DNA from: a virus | Lineage: Duplodnaviria > Caudoviricetes | IMG/VR virus record: IMGVR_UViG_3300009159_000107 | Span: 1 to 46,299 of that record | Length of the DNA: 46,299 nt | Reading direction: 5' to 3' (one strand) | In this document: piece by piece, positions 1 to 8,524 of the stretch | How the letters are laid out: every line of letters begins with the position of its first letter | How positions within the stretch are numbered: position 1 is the first letter of the stretch | The notes under the pieces: generated by a model | Database searches by the model: none | What the model was told of the DNA's origin: nothing | The model's input: the letters and a program-made list of their open reading frames with translations, nothing else | Program-made: the position numbers and the translations under genes

Positions 1-60
1 AAGTTTTCGCTGACCACAATCGAAAAACTGGAGAAATACCTGTTCGGCGAAAAGGTCTGA
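1..60 (+). CDS. 3' end of a small protein, possibly Cro/HTH-like (partial)
   Basis: Frame 1 reads KFSLTTIEKLEKYLFGEKV*, stopping 2 nt before the primase start; resembles the C-terminal helix of XRE/Cro proteins. Confidence 0.4.
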   Translation, partial: KFSLTTIEKLEKYLFGEKV

Positions 61-62
61 GC

Positions 63-2363
63 ATGGAATACCGCATTGTATGGGAGGCTGGATTTCGCGT
101 TTTCGGGCTGTATGGCCGCGACGGGAACGGGAAATGCGAATGCGGAAATCCCAACTGCCCAGAGAAATCTCTGTTCAAGCATCCGCGTGTGTCAAATTGG
201 CAACACACACCCCACTGGTCCGAAGAGCAATTGGATACCATGGTTGAGATGGGCCAGTTTAACACGGGCTACGGCATCGCGTGTCGGGAACTCCTTGTCG
301 TTGACGTGGACGCCCGTAACGGTGGCGTGGCCAGCCTGATGAAGTTGCTTGCGGCGGTGCCCGAGGTGGCCGGATCAGGCCTGATCGTCAACACAGGGTC
401 GGGCGGCGGTTCCAAGCACTACTATTTCCGCGTCCCGTTGGGCGTGGCGCTGGTGGGCAGGCTGTCTGATTACCCCGGGCTGGATTTCAAATCTGGCGCG
501 GCTTTTGTCGTTGGGCCGGGATCACAACACGCCAGCGGGCGGCCTTACCAGATCGCGTACGGGTCGCCCGAGGACATTGACATGGTGCCGGATGCGTTGC
601 TGGACTTGTTACGGGTGCCAGAGCGCCACCGGGCCGATCTGGGCGGCAAGACGGTGGATGTCAACGAACTGGAACTGGCCGAGATGCTGGCCCATGTCCG
701 GGGGTTTGACGATTACGAGGTCTGGGTCAAGATCGGGATGTCCCTGCACCACGCAACGGGGGGTGCTGCGTTTGATCTTTGGGATCGGTGGTCCCAGCAA
801 TCGGCGAAGTACGACCCCGACGAAATGAACGCAAAGTGGCACTCTTTTGGGCGGTCGGCAAACCCGGTCACCTTGGGCACCTTGGTCCACTACGCCGAGG
901 AGGGCGGCTACATCCAGCCCGTCACCTTCACGCCCGGGAAGGAGTTCACGTTTGAGACGCCGGAAGAGTATCTGGCACCAAAGGCCATCGACACCAGTTC
1001 GTTCGACCCCCTCCGCCCCCCGGGGTTTGCGGGGAAGCTTGCGACGTGGATCGAAAGCCGGACCAGACGCAAACGGGAGGCCCTTGCCGCCATGTCGGCG
1101 ATCTGGGCGATGGGGGTGGCGTTTGGCCTGCACTACCGCGACGACCGGGATCGCGCCACGACCAACCTGTTCGTCTTTAACGTCGCCGGATCGGGCAGCG
1201 GCAAGGACGGCATCTTGGGGGCAACCGCCGAGGTGTTGGAGGCCTGTGCGCTGTCGGCGGCGGTGCATGGTACCATCAAGTCCGAGCAAGAGATCGCCCG
1301 CAACCTCACCCGGCACCAGATGGCGGCATATATGATGGATGAGGTGGGGTTCTTGTTCCAAAAGATCAGCGGTGCCAAGAAGAGCGGCGCGTCCTATCTG
1401 GAGGGCGTGGTCGGCCTGTTGATGTCGGCGTACTCCAAGGCGGACGGCAGGCTGATGGTGTCGGGCGATCTAAAGGAAGACATCCGAGGGCACTTGCTGA
1501 AGGAACTGACGCAGGTGGAAAAGGCCATCGAAGAACACGGCGAGAAGCCCAACTTCGTCGCCCGGCAGAAGGCAATCATCTACCAGTTGGACACGCTGGA
1601 CGCTGGGATCGACCGCCCGTTCCTCGCCATGACCGGGTACACGACCGAGAAGAACTTTAACGAGCTTGTGAACTTTGAAAGCGCGACCACCGGGTTTATC
1701 GGGCGGGCGATCCTGTGCATCGAACAGGACACCACCCCCGCGACCAAGAAGGGATGGAAGAAGTTGCCCATGCCCGAGGCCCTGAAGCTTACCATGCAGC
1801 AACTGGCAACGGGTGGAACGTACGATGCAACGGCGGGCCATAGCCGACGGGTCGAGCATTACGGGGACAGGGTGGAAATCCCGACCACGGCGGAGGCCGC
1901 AGAGATGCTGGACAACATCGTGGACCTGTTTGACCAAATGGCCTACGAGCATAAGGAAAGCACCGGGCTGGAAGCACTGCCCCTGCGCGGGTACGAACAG
2001 GTGTCCAAGGTCAGCCTGATCCTTGCGGTGCCGGAAGGTGTTCGCACGGTGGAGCATGTGCGCTGGGCCTATGCGCTGATCCGGCGCGACATCCAGAGCA
2101 AGATGCGGCTGGTGCTGGCCAACGACAACGAGAAGGCTGACCCAGAGAAGGCGCTGGTGATGACCCTCTTGCAGATGGTCGATGGGCCGGACGGTGAGAC
2201 GGCGGGCGTGATCATGCGGCGCTTGGAACGCAAGTACAAGCGCCCAGATATTGAAGCGGCCCTCACCATGCTGGCAAATGGCAAGAAGATTTCCATGGAA
2301 ACTTCCGTCCACAAGTACAACAAGCGCGTCACCACACGGTATAAACTTATTCATTCCACTTGA
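63..2363 (+). CDS. Bifunctional DNA primase/polymerase with PriCT-2 domain and C-terminal P-loop helicase-like domain
   Basis: Prim-Pol motifs (KHP, VVDVDARNGG, TGSGGG-KHYYF, GLDFK..VVGPGSQHASGRPY); PriCT-2 (DYEVWVKIGMSLH..WDRWSQQSAKYD); Walker A GSGSGKD and Walker B YMMDE. Confidence 0.88.
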   Translation: MEYRIVWEAGFRVFGLYGRDGNGKCECGNPNCPEKSLFKHPRVSNWQHTPHWSEEQLDTMVEMGQFNTGYGIACRELLVVDVDARNGGVASLMKLLAAVPEVAGSGLIVNTGSGGGSKHYYFRVPLGVALVGRLSDYPGLDFKSGAAFVVGPGSQHASGRPYQIAYGSPEDIDMVPDALLDLLRVPERHRADLGGKTVDVNELELAEMLAHVRGFDDYEVWVKIGMSLHHATGGAAFDLWDRWSQQSAKYDPDEMNAKWHSFGRSANPVTLGTLVHYAEEGGYIQPVTFTPGKEFTFETPEEYLAPKAIDTSSFDPLRPPGFAGKLATWIESRTRRKREALAAMSAIWAMGVAFGLHYRDDRDRATTNLFVFNVAGSGSGKDGILGATAEVLEACALSAAVHGTIKSEQEIARNLTRHQMAAYMMDEVGFLFQKISGAKKSGASYLEGVVGLLMSAYSKADGRLMVSGDLKEDIRGHLLKELTQVEKAIEEHGEKPNFVARQKAIIYQLDTLDAGIDRPFLAMTGYTTEKNFNELVNFESATTGFIGRAILCIEQDTTPATKKGWKKLPMPEALKLTMQQLATGGTYDATAGHSRRVEHYGDRVEIPTTAEAAEMLDNIVDLFDQMAYEHKESTGLEALPLRGYEQVSKVSLILAVPEGVRTVEHVRWAYALIRRDIQSKMRLVLANDNEKADPEKALVMTLLQMVDGPDGETAGVIMRRLERKYKRPDIEAALTMLANGKKISMETSVHKYNKRVTTRYKLIHST

Positions 2364-2420
2364 CGCATCGGGATAACCTGTTTATGGGTTATCCCACAAC
2401 CAACCACAAAGGAGACTGAA

Positions 2421-2582
2421 ATGATCTACGTCTTACTCCTACTGACGCATAGCTCCCCTGTGACGATCAGCTCAAGCTACGATTTCACCAGCCTCGAAAA
2501 CTGCCAGAAGGCTTTGGTTGCAATCGAAGAACGGGCTAATGGCCCTTGGGGCGTTGCCTATGGGGTTTGTGTGCAGAAATGA
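2421..2582 (+). CDS. Small hypothetical protein, 53 aa (below ORF-track cutoff)
   Basis: GGAGAC RBS with CAACCAC leader; MIYVLLLLTHSSPV...GVCVQK*; stop overlaps next start. Confidence 0.65.
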   Translation: MIYVLLLLTHSSPVTISSSYDFTSLENCQKALVAIEERANGPWGVAYGVCVQK

Positions 2583-2776
2583 TGATCCAACTGAACCCCC
2601 CGATCCCAGTTGACACCCCCAAGGGGTCGGCCTTGGCCCATGTCCTTGTGGACTACGGCATCGAACACAACATCAACTGGGTGTGCTTTCAGGACGAAAC
2701 TGGCGAATGCTGGACGTGGTCCAACAGCGACATCAGGGCGCAAAAAAACATTACCTATGGGAGGCTGGACAAATGA
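2579..2776 (+). CDS. Hypothetical phage protein
   Basis: MMIQLNPPIPVDTPKG..DYG..WVCF..GECW; translationally coupled on both sides. Confidence 0.7.
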   Translation: MMIQLNPPIPVDTPKGSALAHVLVDYGIEHNINWVCFQDETGECWTWSNSDIRAQKNITYGRLDK

Positions 2777-3165
2777 TTGTCACAGCAGCGGCGGCCACCT
2801 GCTTGGCCCTGAACGTCTACTTTGAAGGGCGTGGGGAAAGCTATGACGGCCAGCTTTTGATCGCCGAGGTCACCATGGAGCGCGTGTACGAGACGGGGTT
2901 TCCCGATACCGTCTGCGAGGTCGTCTGGGAGCATGGCGCGTTTAGCTGGACCCACGATGGCAAGAGCGACCGCCCAAAGGACACCGAGGCTTGGCTGCAA
3001 GCCCAGATCGTTGCAAACACCGTGTTGCTGTGGGGGTGCCAACTGTGCACCGCCGCGACCTATTACCACAACCGCGATGTCTATCCGTACTGGGCCGACG
3101 ACATGGTGCTGGTGGGGATGTACGGCAAACATGTTTTTTATCGAGAAAAGGGGTGTGATGAATGA
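2773..3165 (+). CDS. Cell wall hydrolase, SleB/Hydrolase_2 family
   Basis: CLALNVYFEGRGE, FPDTVCEVVW..AFSWT, ATYYH, PYWA, GKHVFY motifs. Confidence 0.88.
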   Translation: MIVTAAAATCLALNVYFEGRGESYDGQLLIAEVTMERVYETGFPDTVCEVVWEHGAFSWTHDGKSDRPKDTEAWLQAQIVANTVLLWGCQLCTAATYYHNRDVYPYWADDMVLVGMYGKHVFYREKGCDE

Positions 3166-3521
3166 GCGACGATCTTGGCCCGTGGCCCGAAAAAGTGTAC
3201 TTGCTGCATCCATCCATCAAAAGCTTTGGGGGTATGGTGACAAGCCCAGAGCGCCGTGAATACGTTCTTGCCGACCGCATCGAAGAGTTGGAGCGGGAGC
3301 GGGATGAAGCTATGATGACGGGCCATGATCTTGCCAAAATTGAATATCGAGACTTGGTGGGTGGTCTTGAAGCCAAACTCGCCAAGGCGGTGGAGGCGCT
3401 ACGGTTGGCAAGCAAGATTAACAAGATGCCATTCAACACAGCAAAAGCAATCAATGCCGTGCTGGCTGAACTGGAGGGCGGGGAGGAAGCCGCCGGGACT
3501 GCATGGAGGGGGAGGGAATGA
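3162..3521 (+). CDS. Hypothetical protein (coiled-coil)
   Basis: ATGA overlap with upstream gene; ADRIEELE and LEAKLAKAVEAL phage-typical segments. Confidence 0.65.
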   Translation: MSDDLGPWPEKVYLLHPSIKSFGGMVTSPERREYVLADRIEELERERDEAMMTGHDLAKIEYRDLVGGLEAKLAKAVEALRLASKINKMPFNTAKAINAVLAELEGGEEAAGTAWRGRE

Positions 3522-3865
3522 CCAACAAAGAAGAACTGCGGTTATATGTGGCGATCTGGAAACAGGTGGCAGAAGAAGAGGCGATGACCAGAACTGCCCG
3601 GGAAGATGAAATTGTTGACATGCAAATAAGCTTTCAGCGGATGCACAGGCGGGCGCAGAAGGCAGAAGCAAAGCTTGTTAAACTTGCCAAAGGTAGCGCC
3701 CTTCCTGCCATCAATCCCGCCGATATTCGTAAGGCAGTAGAGGACATGAAAAAGATTGGGGACCGCATGGCATCATCTATTGAGGGCAATTATTACCTAC
3801 CAAATGTTGCAACAAGTTGGCGTACAGCATGTGCCACGCTGGTCACGTTGGGAGGAAAACAATGA
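3518..3865 (+). CDS. Hypothetical protein
   Basis: GGAGG RBS, ATGA coupling. Confidence 0.6.
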   Translation: MTNKEELRLYVAIWKQVAEEEAMTRTAREDEIVDMQISFQRMHRRAQKAEAKLVKLAKGSALPAINPADIRKAVEDMKKIGDRMASSIEGNYYLPNVATSWRTACATLVTLGGKQ

Positions 3866-4029
3866 TACAACTTATCACCATCGCCGCCATCATCCTTGTG
3901 GCCTATGCGGCGTTCTTTGTGGTCACCATCACGGCTATAGCGTCGTTGCCACCAGACCTGACGGGGCTGGGGGTGCCATTGGGGTGCTTGGCGGCCATCG
4001 TGGTTCTGGTGGGAGGTCTTTTGCTGTGA
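3862..4029 (+). CDS. Small two-TM membrane protein
   Basis: GGAGG RBS; two hydrophobic stretches. Confidence 0.65.
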   Translation: MIQLITIAAIILVAYAAFFVVTITAIASLPPDLTGLGVPLGCLAAIVVLVGGLLL

Positions 4030-4223
4030 ACGCAAGACAGAGCGATGAGAAAATCCTGACCATGCTGGCGCTTAGGATGTCGCGGCCCCCGGCCTATGTG
4101 GCGGAGAAGCTTAACCTTTCAAAGGATTATGTGGCCAAGACGTGCCGGGCGATCAGGGATGCAGACCTGATGTACAGCAAGGAAGAAAAGAAAAGAATAT
4201 TGTTGCACTACCCACAAAACTGA
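4026..4223 (+). CDS. Hypothetical protein, possible HTH
   Basis: GTGA coupling; PAYVAEKLNLSKDYVAK is HTH-like. Confidence 0.5.
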   Translation: MNARQSDEKILTMLALRMSRPPAYVAEKLNLSKDYVAKTCRAIRDADLMYSKEEKKRILLHYPQN

Positions 4224-4263
4224 GATAAGAATAGTGAACGTAACCCAACCAAAGGAGACTACC

Positions 4264-4650
4264 ATGACCCCCACCGACATCCTGCGCGAGATTGCCCGTC
4301 TTGAGAAACTGTTGACCAGCAAGGGCTTTACCACCCCCCACATCGAAATCTCGGTCGGCTTTTCCACCCGCGAACTGACCGCCAACATTTCATACAAAGC
4401 TGGCGGTTCTTCGGAATACCAATTTATTCACGTCGAAGCCCTTGACGGGTTTGACGGCCTGATCGGTGACGCCGAGGATTACATCAACGGCCTGAAGTCT
4501 GTGGCGGAAATCCAAAAGGATGCTTTCATTGCATCCGTGGGCCGCTTGATCGACCAAGGCCGCGACATCGGCATCGAAGTGGATTTCCTGAACCCATTGG
4601 TCGATATGATGGGCAAGCTGTCCCACAACATCCTTGAAAAAGAGGTGTGA
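4264..4650 (+). CDS. Hypothetical protein
   Basis: CCAACCAAAGGAGAC leader before ATG. Confidence 0.7.
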   Translation: MTPTDILREIARLEKLLTSKGFTTPHIEISVGFSTRELTANISYKAGGSSEYQFIHVEALDGFDGLIGDAEDYINGLKSVAEIQKDAFIASVGRLIDQGRDIGIEVDFLNPLVDMMGKLSHNILEKEV

Positions 4651-4746
4651 TGGCAAAGACCACCGTTCTGGTTCCCGACCGAAACACCACTGCATCGGTC
4701 GGGACGTTGCCAAGGATACCAGTCAGCGTATCAAGACCACCGTGGG

Positions 4747-4773
4747 AAAAGGGGCCGTGAGGCCCCTTTTTTT
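4747..4773. terminator. Bidirectional intrinsic terminator
   Basis: AAAAGGGGCC-GTGA-GGCCCCTTTTTTT between convergent genes. Confidence 0.8.
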
Positions 4774-5134
4774 ACATCCTGCCGAAGGGGAAGAAGAACA
4801 TGTTCCCCGGCATCTCATCCGATACTAATGGGCGCGACCCCTCTGGGAGGAATTCCAGACGCTTGCGGACCTCTACCGGGACCGACACGGTCTTGCTGCT
4901 TTTCTTGCCTGAGATCGCCCGGCTGCACTCTGGACCGATCTTGATCGCAAACCCGGTGCTTGACAGATAGAAGTCAATCTTGTCGCCGTCTTTGCTGATA
5001 CCATAGGGTAGGGCCACCATGACAGCCTTGGAATAGTTCCGCAGGGCGAAGCCTTGACGCTTTGGCCGCCCGGTGCGCTTGTTTGCCAATGCGTCTGCTT
5101 GACTGATCTTTTTGACTAAAACTAAATCTTCCAT
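4772..5134 (-). CDS. Hypothetical protein, weak AbrB/SpoVT-like resemblance
   Basis: GGAG RBS on minus strand; KTVSVPVEVRKRL segment; ends at the terminator. Confidence 0.55.
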   Translation of the reverse strand: MEDLVLVKKISQADALANKRTGRPKRQGFALRNYSKAVMVALPYGISKDGDKIDFYLSSTGFAIKIGPECSRAISGKKSSKTVSVPVEVRKRLEFLPEGSRPLVSDEMPGNMFFFPFGRM

Positions 5135-5272
5135 GTGGGGATGCTCCATTGGTGTTGTGGGTTCTACACAGATAGGCGGTTAATGCTTGTCTGTAAACAC
5201 CCAAAAAGTTGATAAGTATGGTACCATTTGGAAAAGGGTTGCTGGGACGCTATTTCCTGATTTAAAATAGTC

Positions 5273-5465
5273 ATTTTATATATATATATCATATATATAT
5301 ATATATATTATATATAGTAGAAGAGTAGGAGTAGCGTCTCTCTTAAGGCTGTTCTTGGTTATTGATTATTTAAAGTGGTTTTGGGTGGGGGTGATATGGG
5401 GCGGTTTTTGTATAGAGAATATATATTATATAAAGGGGACGCTACTTTGCACTCCTACCTACTAC
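5273..5465. repeat. AT-rich (TA)n tracts with flanking imperfect inverted repeat; candidate replication origin
   Basis: ~40 nt near-perfect TA run at 5277-5316, second TA-rich run ~5411-5433; GTAGGAGTAGCGTC mirrored by GACGCTACT...ACTCCTAC. Confidence 0.5.
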
Positions 5466-5521
5466 AAATGGCAACGATATCAATGATATGCGTGGTATCG
5501 AAAACGGGACTTTACCAAAGT

Positions 5522-5546
5522 AAAAAGCCCCACATGGGGGCTTTTT
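5522..5546. terminator. Intrinsic terminator (bidirectional geometry)
   Basis: AAAAAGCCCC-ACATG-GGGGCTTTTT downstream of minus-strand gene 5575-5856. Confidence 0.7.
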
Positions 5547-5574
5547 GGCTTCATATTGGGTCAGTACCTATGAC

Positions 5575-5856
5575 CTACTTGAGGCCTTTGGGCTTGATGG
5601 TGATGCGTTCGACCAAGATCGCCTTTTTGCAGCTTTCGATCTGGTCCTCGGTCAGCAGGGCCGAAAGCAGCTTGTTGTCCACGCGCTTTTGCTCGGACAG
5701 GGCAAGGATCACGTCGCAGGTGACGCCGATGTGGCGTTCGATACCCGAGGCCTTGATCTGGGCCTTGATGGCGTCCAGAGCGGCGACGGCGTCATCGGCT
5801 GCGGCCTTGGCGGCTGCGAACTGGTCGGCGAGGGAGATGGAAGATTGGAAGGCCAT
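5575..5856 (-). CDS. Hypothetical protein
   Basis: Own promoter/operator and CCAACCACAGGAGAC leader on minus strand. Confidence 0.75.
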   Translation of the reverse strand: MAFQSSISLADQFAAAKAAADDAVAALDAIKAQIKASGIERHIGVTCDVILALSEQKRVDNKLLSALLTEDQIESCKKAILVERITIKPKGLK

Positions 5857-5925
5857 GGTAGTCTCCTGTGGTTGGTTGGTTTCGATGTACTATGTTTAGT
5901 CGTTGCTTTCGTACGATGCAAGAGA
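5857..5925 (-). promoter_or_regulatory. Early-type promoter with TCGTACGA palindrome and CAACCAC-GGAGAC leader
   Basis: Minus strand reads TTGCATCGTACGA...ACCAACCAACCACAGGAGACTACCATG. Confidence 0.6.
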
Positions 5926-6006
5926 AAAATGTGCCCAGATGACATTTTTTTTGTTGCCCCCGCCGGGCGGCCTGATATGGTGCCGGGACCAGCCACGGAG
6001 ATGACC

Positions 6007-6219
6007 ATGATCAACAAGAAAAAGGGTGCCGAGTTTTGGGTGCTGTTCCCGGCGACGGGGCAGCGGTTCCCGATCCGTTACACCCACACCCTCGACCAGT
6101 ACGAGGTGGCCCTGCCCAATGGTACAATCTATGGCGGTATCTATCTGTCCGACCTGAAGCGGGCGCTGAAGGCGGATTTCAACAACAATGCAAAGGTGGT
6201 GATGAATGCTGTGGAGTGA
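6007..6219 (+). CDS. Hypothetical protein
   Basis: CCAGCCACGGAGA leader then ATG. Confidence 0.6.
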   Translation: MINKKKGAEFWVLFPATGQRFPIRYTHTLDQYEVALPNGTIYGGIYLSDLKRALKADFNNNAKVVMNAVE

Positions 6220-6388
6220 TGAAGTTTTGAAAGAAAACAGCCACGAGATGAAGCGTCTGTGGCTGGCGGGGACGATTGCAGCGGGGATGCTATCCGAGGA
6301 TCAATTGTCTTGGGATGATGTACCCTTCGAGGCCGTGGAACTGGCCGACAAGCTTTTGGCGGAACTGGCGAAGGAGAAGAAGACATGA
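6206..6388 (+). CDS. Hypothetical protein (RLWLAG..ADxxL family)
   Basis: Similar to 6600-6824. Confidence 0.6.
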   Translation: MLWSDEVLKENSHEMKRLWLAGTIAAGMLSEDQLSWDDVPFEAVELADKLLAELAKEKKT

Positions 6389-6603
6389 ACTGGCTAAAGA
6401 AACTTTTCGGCAAAGAGAAGCAGATGCGCGTCTACATCACGGACAAGCGGACGCCTGAACAGGAGGTGATGTTCCAAGAGCAACTGAAAATTCAGAAAGA
6501 GCTTGGCTTCAAGCGGGGCGACAGCCACCAAAACTGGTTGAGGACGCACCAGATCATGCTAGACCACGAAACGCGCCTGATGGCATTGGAGAAAACGAAA
6601 TGA
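6385..6603 (+). CDS. Hypothetical protein
   Basis: AGGAG RBS, ATGA coupling. Confidence 0.65.
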   Translation: MNWLKKLFGKEKQMRVYITDKRTPEQEVMFQEQLKIQKELGFKRGDSHQNWLRTHQIMLDHETRLMALEKTK

Positions 6604-6824
6604 CCGACAATATCGAAGCGGGCGCGCCAGAGGGCCTTTACAGCGTCGAGATGATGCTGGGTAGACCGATGCCAGTAAATGACGCAGATCGCGCTGCTGA
6701 CCGCCTCTGGCTGGCGGGCATGGCCATGCAGGCGCTGATCAGGGATGACCGCGATATGTACACCATCGCGCGGCAGTCGTGGGCCATGGCCGACCGGATG
6801 CTGGAGGTCGAAGGCGATGCTTAA
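6600..6824 (+). CDS. Hypothetical protein (RLWLAG..AMQ..ADxML family)
   Basis: Resembles the common phage motif RDxFAxxAMQ...AYxxADAML. Confidence 0.65.
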   Translation: MTDNIEAGAPEGLYSVEMMLGRPMPVNDADRAADRLWLAGMAMQALIRDDRDMYTIARQSWAMADRMLEVEGDA

Positions 6825-6945
6825 AGGGCTTGGAGGCAGGAGGCTGGCGGTTTCAAGGTTGGCCGAAAAGGTTGACCCCGACCCAAATGGCAACCGCAAG
6901 CAACGCCGCGCTGCCAAGAAAATTGTTCGCAAGGCCACAAAATAG
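6817..6945 (+). CDS. Small basic protein
   Basis: GGAGG RBS; NRKQRRAAKK tail. Confidence 0.5.
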   Translation: MLKGLGGRRLAVSRLAEKVDPDPNGNRKQRRAAKKIVRKATK

Positions 6946-6978
6946 TTGTTGCATCGTACGATGTATGTGATATGAAGG
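6939..6978 (+). promoter_or_regulatory. Repeated early promoter copy 1
   Basis: AAAATAGTTGTTG then CATCGTACGATG palindrome. Confidence 0.7.
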
Positions 6979-7021
6979 GTTATGGCCGCCGTGGTGGCGG
7001 CCTACAACCACGGAGACTGAC

Positions 7022-7234
7022 ATGTCACACAACCAAGTCATTATCGGAAAGTCGGAAGACGTTGCGGCGGAATATGGCGTTCAGAACGATGGCGGGCCGT
7101 TCACGGTCCTCGTAATTCGGGATGGTAAGATCGCCATCGTGGACGAATGGAACGATCTCGAAAGCGCCAAAATAAATTATGAATGGGGCGCACCCGATAC
7201 CTGTGACAACACCTTCGCCTACCAGCAAGTCTAA
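7022..7234 (+). CDS. Hypothetical protein
   Basis: CAACCACGGAGACTGAC leader. Confidence 0.7.
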   Translation: MSHNQVIIGKSEDVAAEYGVQNDGGPFTVLVIRDGKIAIVDEWNDLESAKINYEWGAPDTCDNTFAYQQV

Positions 7235-7279
7235 CCAACCGGGGGGCTGCGGCCCCCCACCCAACCACAGGAGGCCATC

Positions 7280-7552
7280 ATGGCATTTGCCCCTTACATC
7301 AATGCCCACCGCCGCGCCGATCAGGGCGAGGTTCTGGGCTGTTTCCGCGAGAAGGACCACGGCCTGACGTTCGAGTACGCCAAGCGTACCGACGCGCTGT
7401 TCCCCGATGACTTCCGCCCAGAGTTTCCCCACGTTGTGTTCGTGGGCCATGGCGAGGTCAGGCTGGCCAACGTCAAGAAAACCGTCCTGACCATGCTGGT
7501 CGATGAGGACTGGATCGACAAGTGGCACATCCGCAGCCACCGCGAATACTAA
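7280..7552 (+). CDS. Hypothetical protein
   Basis: CAACCACAGGAGG leader after a GC hairpin (7241-7258). Confidence 0.7.
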   Translation: MAFAPYINAHRRADQGEVLGCFREKDHGLTFEYAKRTDALFPDDFRPEFPHVVFVGHGEVRLANVKKTVLTMLVDEDWIDKWHIRSHREY

Positions 7553-7594
7553 AAATAGTTGTTGACCCCGTGTGCGTCGTACGTTACGCGGGGG
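7552..7594 (+). promoter_or_regulatory. Repeated early promoter copy 2
   Basis: AAAATAGTTGTTGACC..TCGTACGT; flanked by CCCCG/CGGGG inverted repeat. Confidence 0.65.
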
Positions 7595-7626
7595 CATCGA
7601 CCAACCCAACCACACTGGAGACCGAC

Positions 7627-8253
7627 ATGAAAAACTACCAGACCCCCACAACCGAGACGTACACCGCGTTGGAAGCAGCGTTCGGGCACTTCAACGCCGA
7701 ACTGTTCGGCAAGCGCCTGCCCCCGGTCATGTTCACGCTGACCCGCCGCACTGGTGCCCACGGCTATTTCCATGCCGAGCAATTCAAGCACCGCGACGGC
7801 GACCAGACCCACGAGATCGCTCTGAACCCGAACACTATGGACCGCGACATCCGGGCTGTGCTGTCCACGCTTGTCCACGAGATGACCCACTTGGAACAGC
7901 AAGAATACGGCACCCCGTCCAAGGGCGGCCACCACAACATGGAATGGGCACGGATGATGATGGCGGTCGGCCTGACCCCCACAGACACCGGGGTCGAGGG
8001 CGGCAAGATGACGGGCCGCAAGGTCACGCATATGATCGACGAAGGCGGCCCGTTTGACGTGGCACTGGAAGGCTTGGGGCCGGATTTTGATATCCCCTAC
8101 TTCACCCAGCCCCGCGACAAAGCCGAGAAGAAGCGCGACCTGTCCAAGGTCAAGCACACCTGCCCATCCTGCGGGTTCAAGGCGTGGGCCAAGGCTGGGG
8201 CCAACCTGATGTGCGGCGACTGTCAGGAACACATGGAAGGGGAGGAGGTGTGA
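7627..8253 (+). CDS. SprT-like zinc metallopeptidase with C-terminal Zn ribbon
   Basis: FNAELF..LP, TLVHEMTH (HExxH), GHHNMEW, CPSCG...CGDC. Confidence 0.85.
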   Translation: MKNYQTPTTETYTALEAAFGHFNAELFGKRLPPVMFTLTRRTGAHGYFHAEQFKHRDGDQTHEIALNPNTMDRDIRAVLSTLVHEMTHLEQQEYGTPSKGGHHNMEWARMMMAVGLTPTDTGVEGGKMTGRKVTHMIDEGGPFDVALEGLGPDFDIPYFTQPRDKAEKKRDLSKVKHTCPSCGFKAWAKAGANLMCGDCQEHMEGEEV

Positions 8254-8366
8254 TGCCCCCCGACCTGATCTCCTTCATGCGGTGGATCGGGCTGATCGAC
8301 CCGGAACCCAAACCCGTGATTAATTGGGCGGGCACATGGTACAAGGATTGCGAAATCCCGTTTTGA
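8253..8366 (+). CDS. Very small hypothetical protein (37 aa)
   Basis: GGAGG RBS, TGATG coupling; ends CEIPF. Confidence 0.5.
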   Translation: MPPDLISFMRWIGLIDPEPKPVINWAGTWYKDCEIPF

Positions 8367-8454
8367 TGCTATGGTGACCGCGCTCTCTGCTTGGCGTAAT
8401 CGCCCACCTTGCCCCTGCCGGAAACGGTGGGGGCTTTTTTATTTCAAAACCCAC

Positions 8455-8493
8455 AAAATAGTTGTTGACGGGGTGATTCGTACGATGTATAAA
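8455..8493 (+). promoter_or_regulatory. Repeated early promoter copy 3 (sigma70-like)
   Basis: TTGACG(8465)-N17-TATAAA(8488) with TCGTACGA in the spacer. Confidence 0.75.
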
Positions 8494-8524
8494 TTTGGTG
8501 TAGACACCAACCACGGAGACTAAC

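Noticed and set aside
5375-6219. ORFs 5375-5899 and the N-terminal extension of 5545-6219
   Set aside because: They span the AT-rich non-coding tract and the antisense of gene 5575-5856. Only 6007-6219 has a proper leader.
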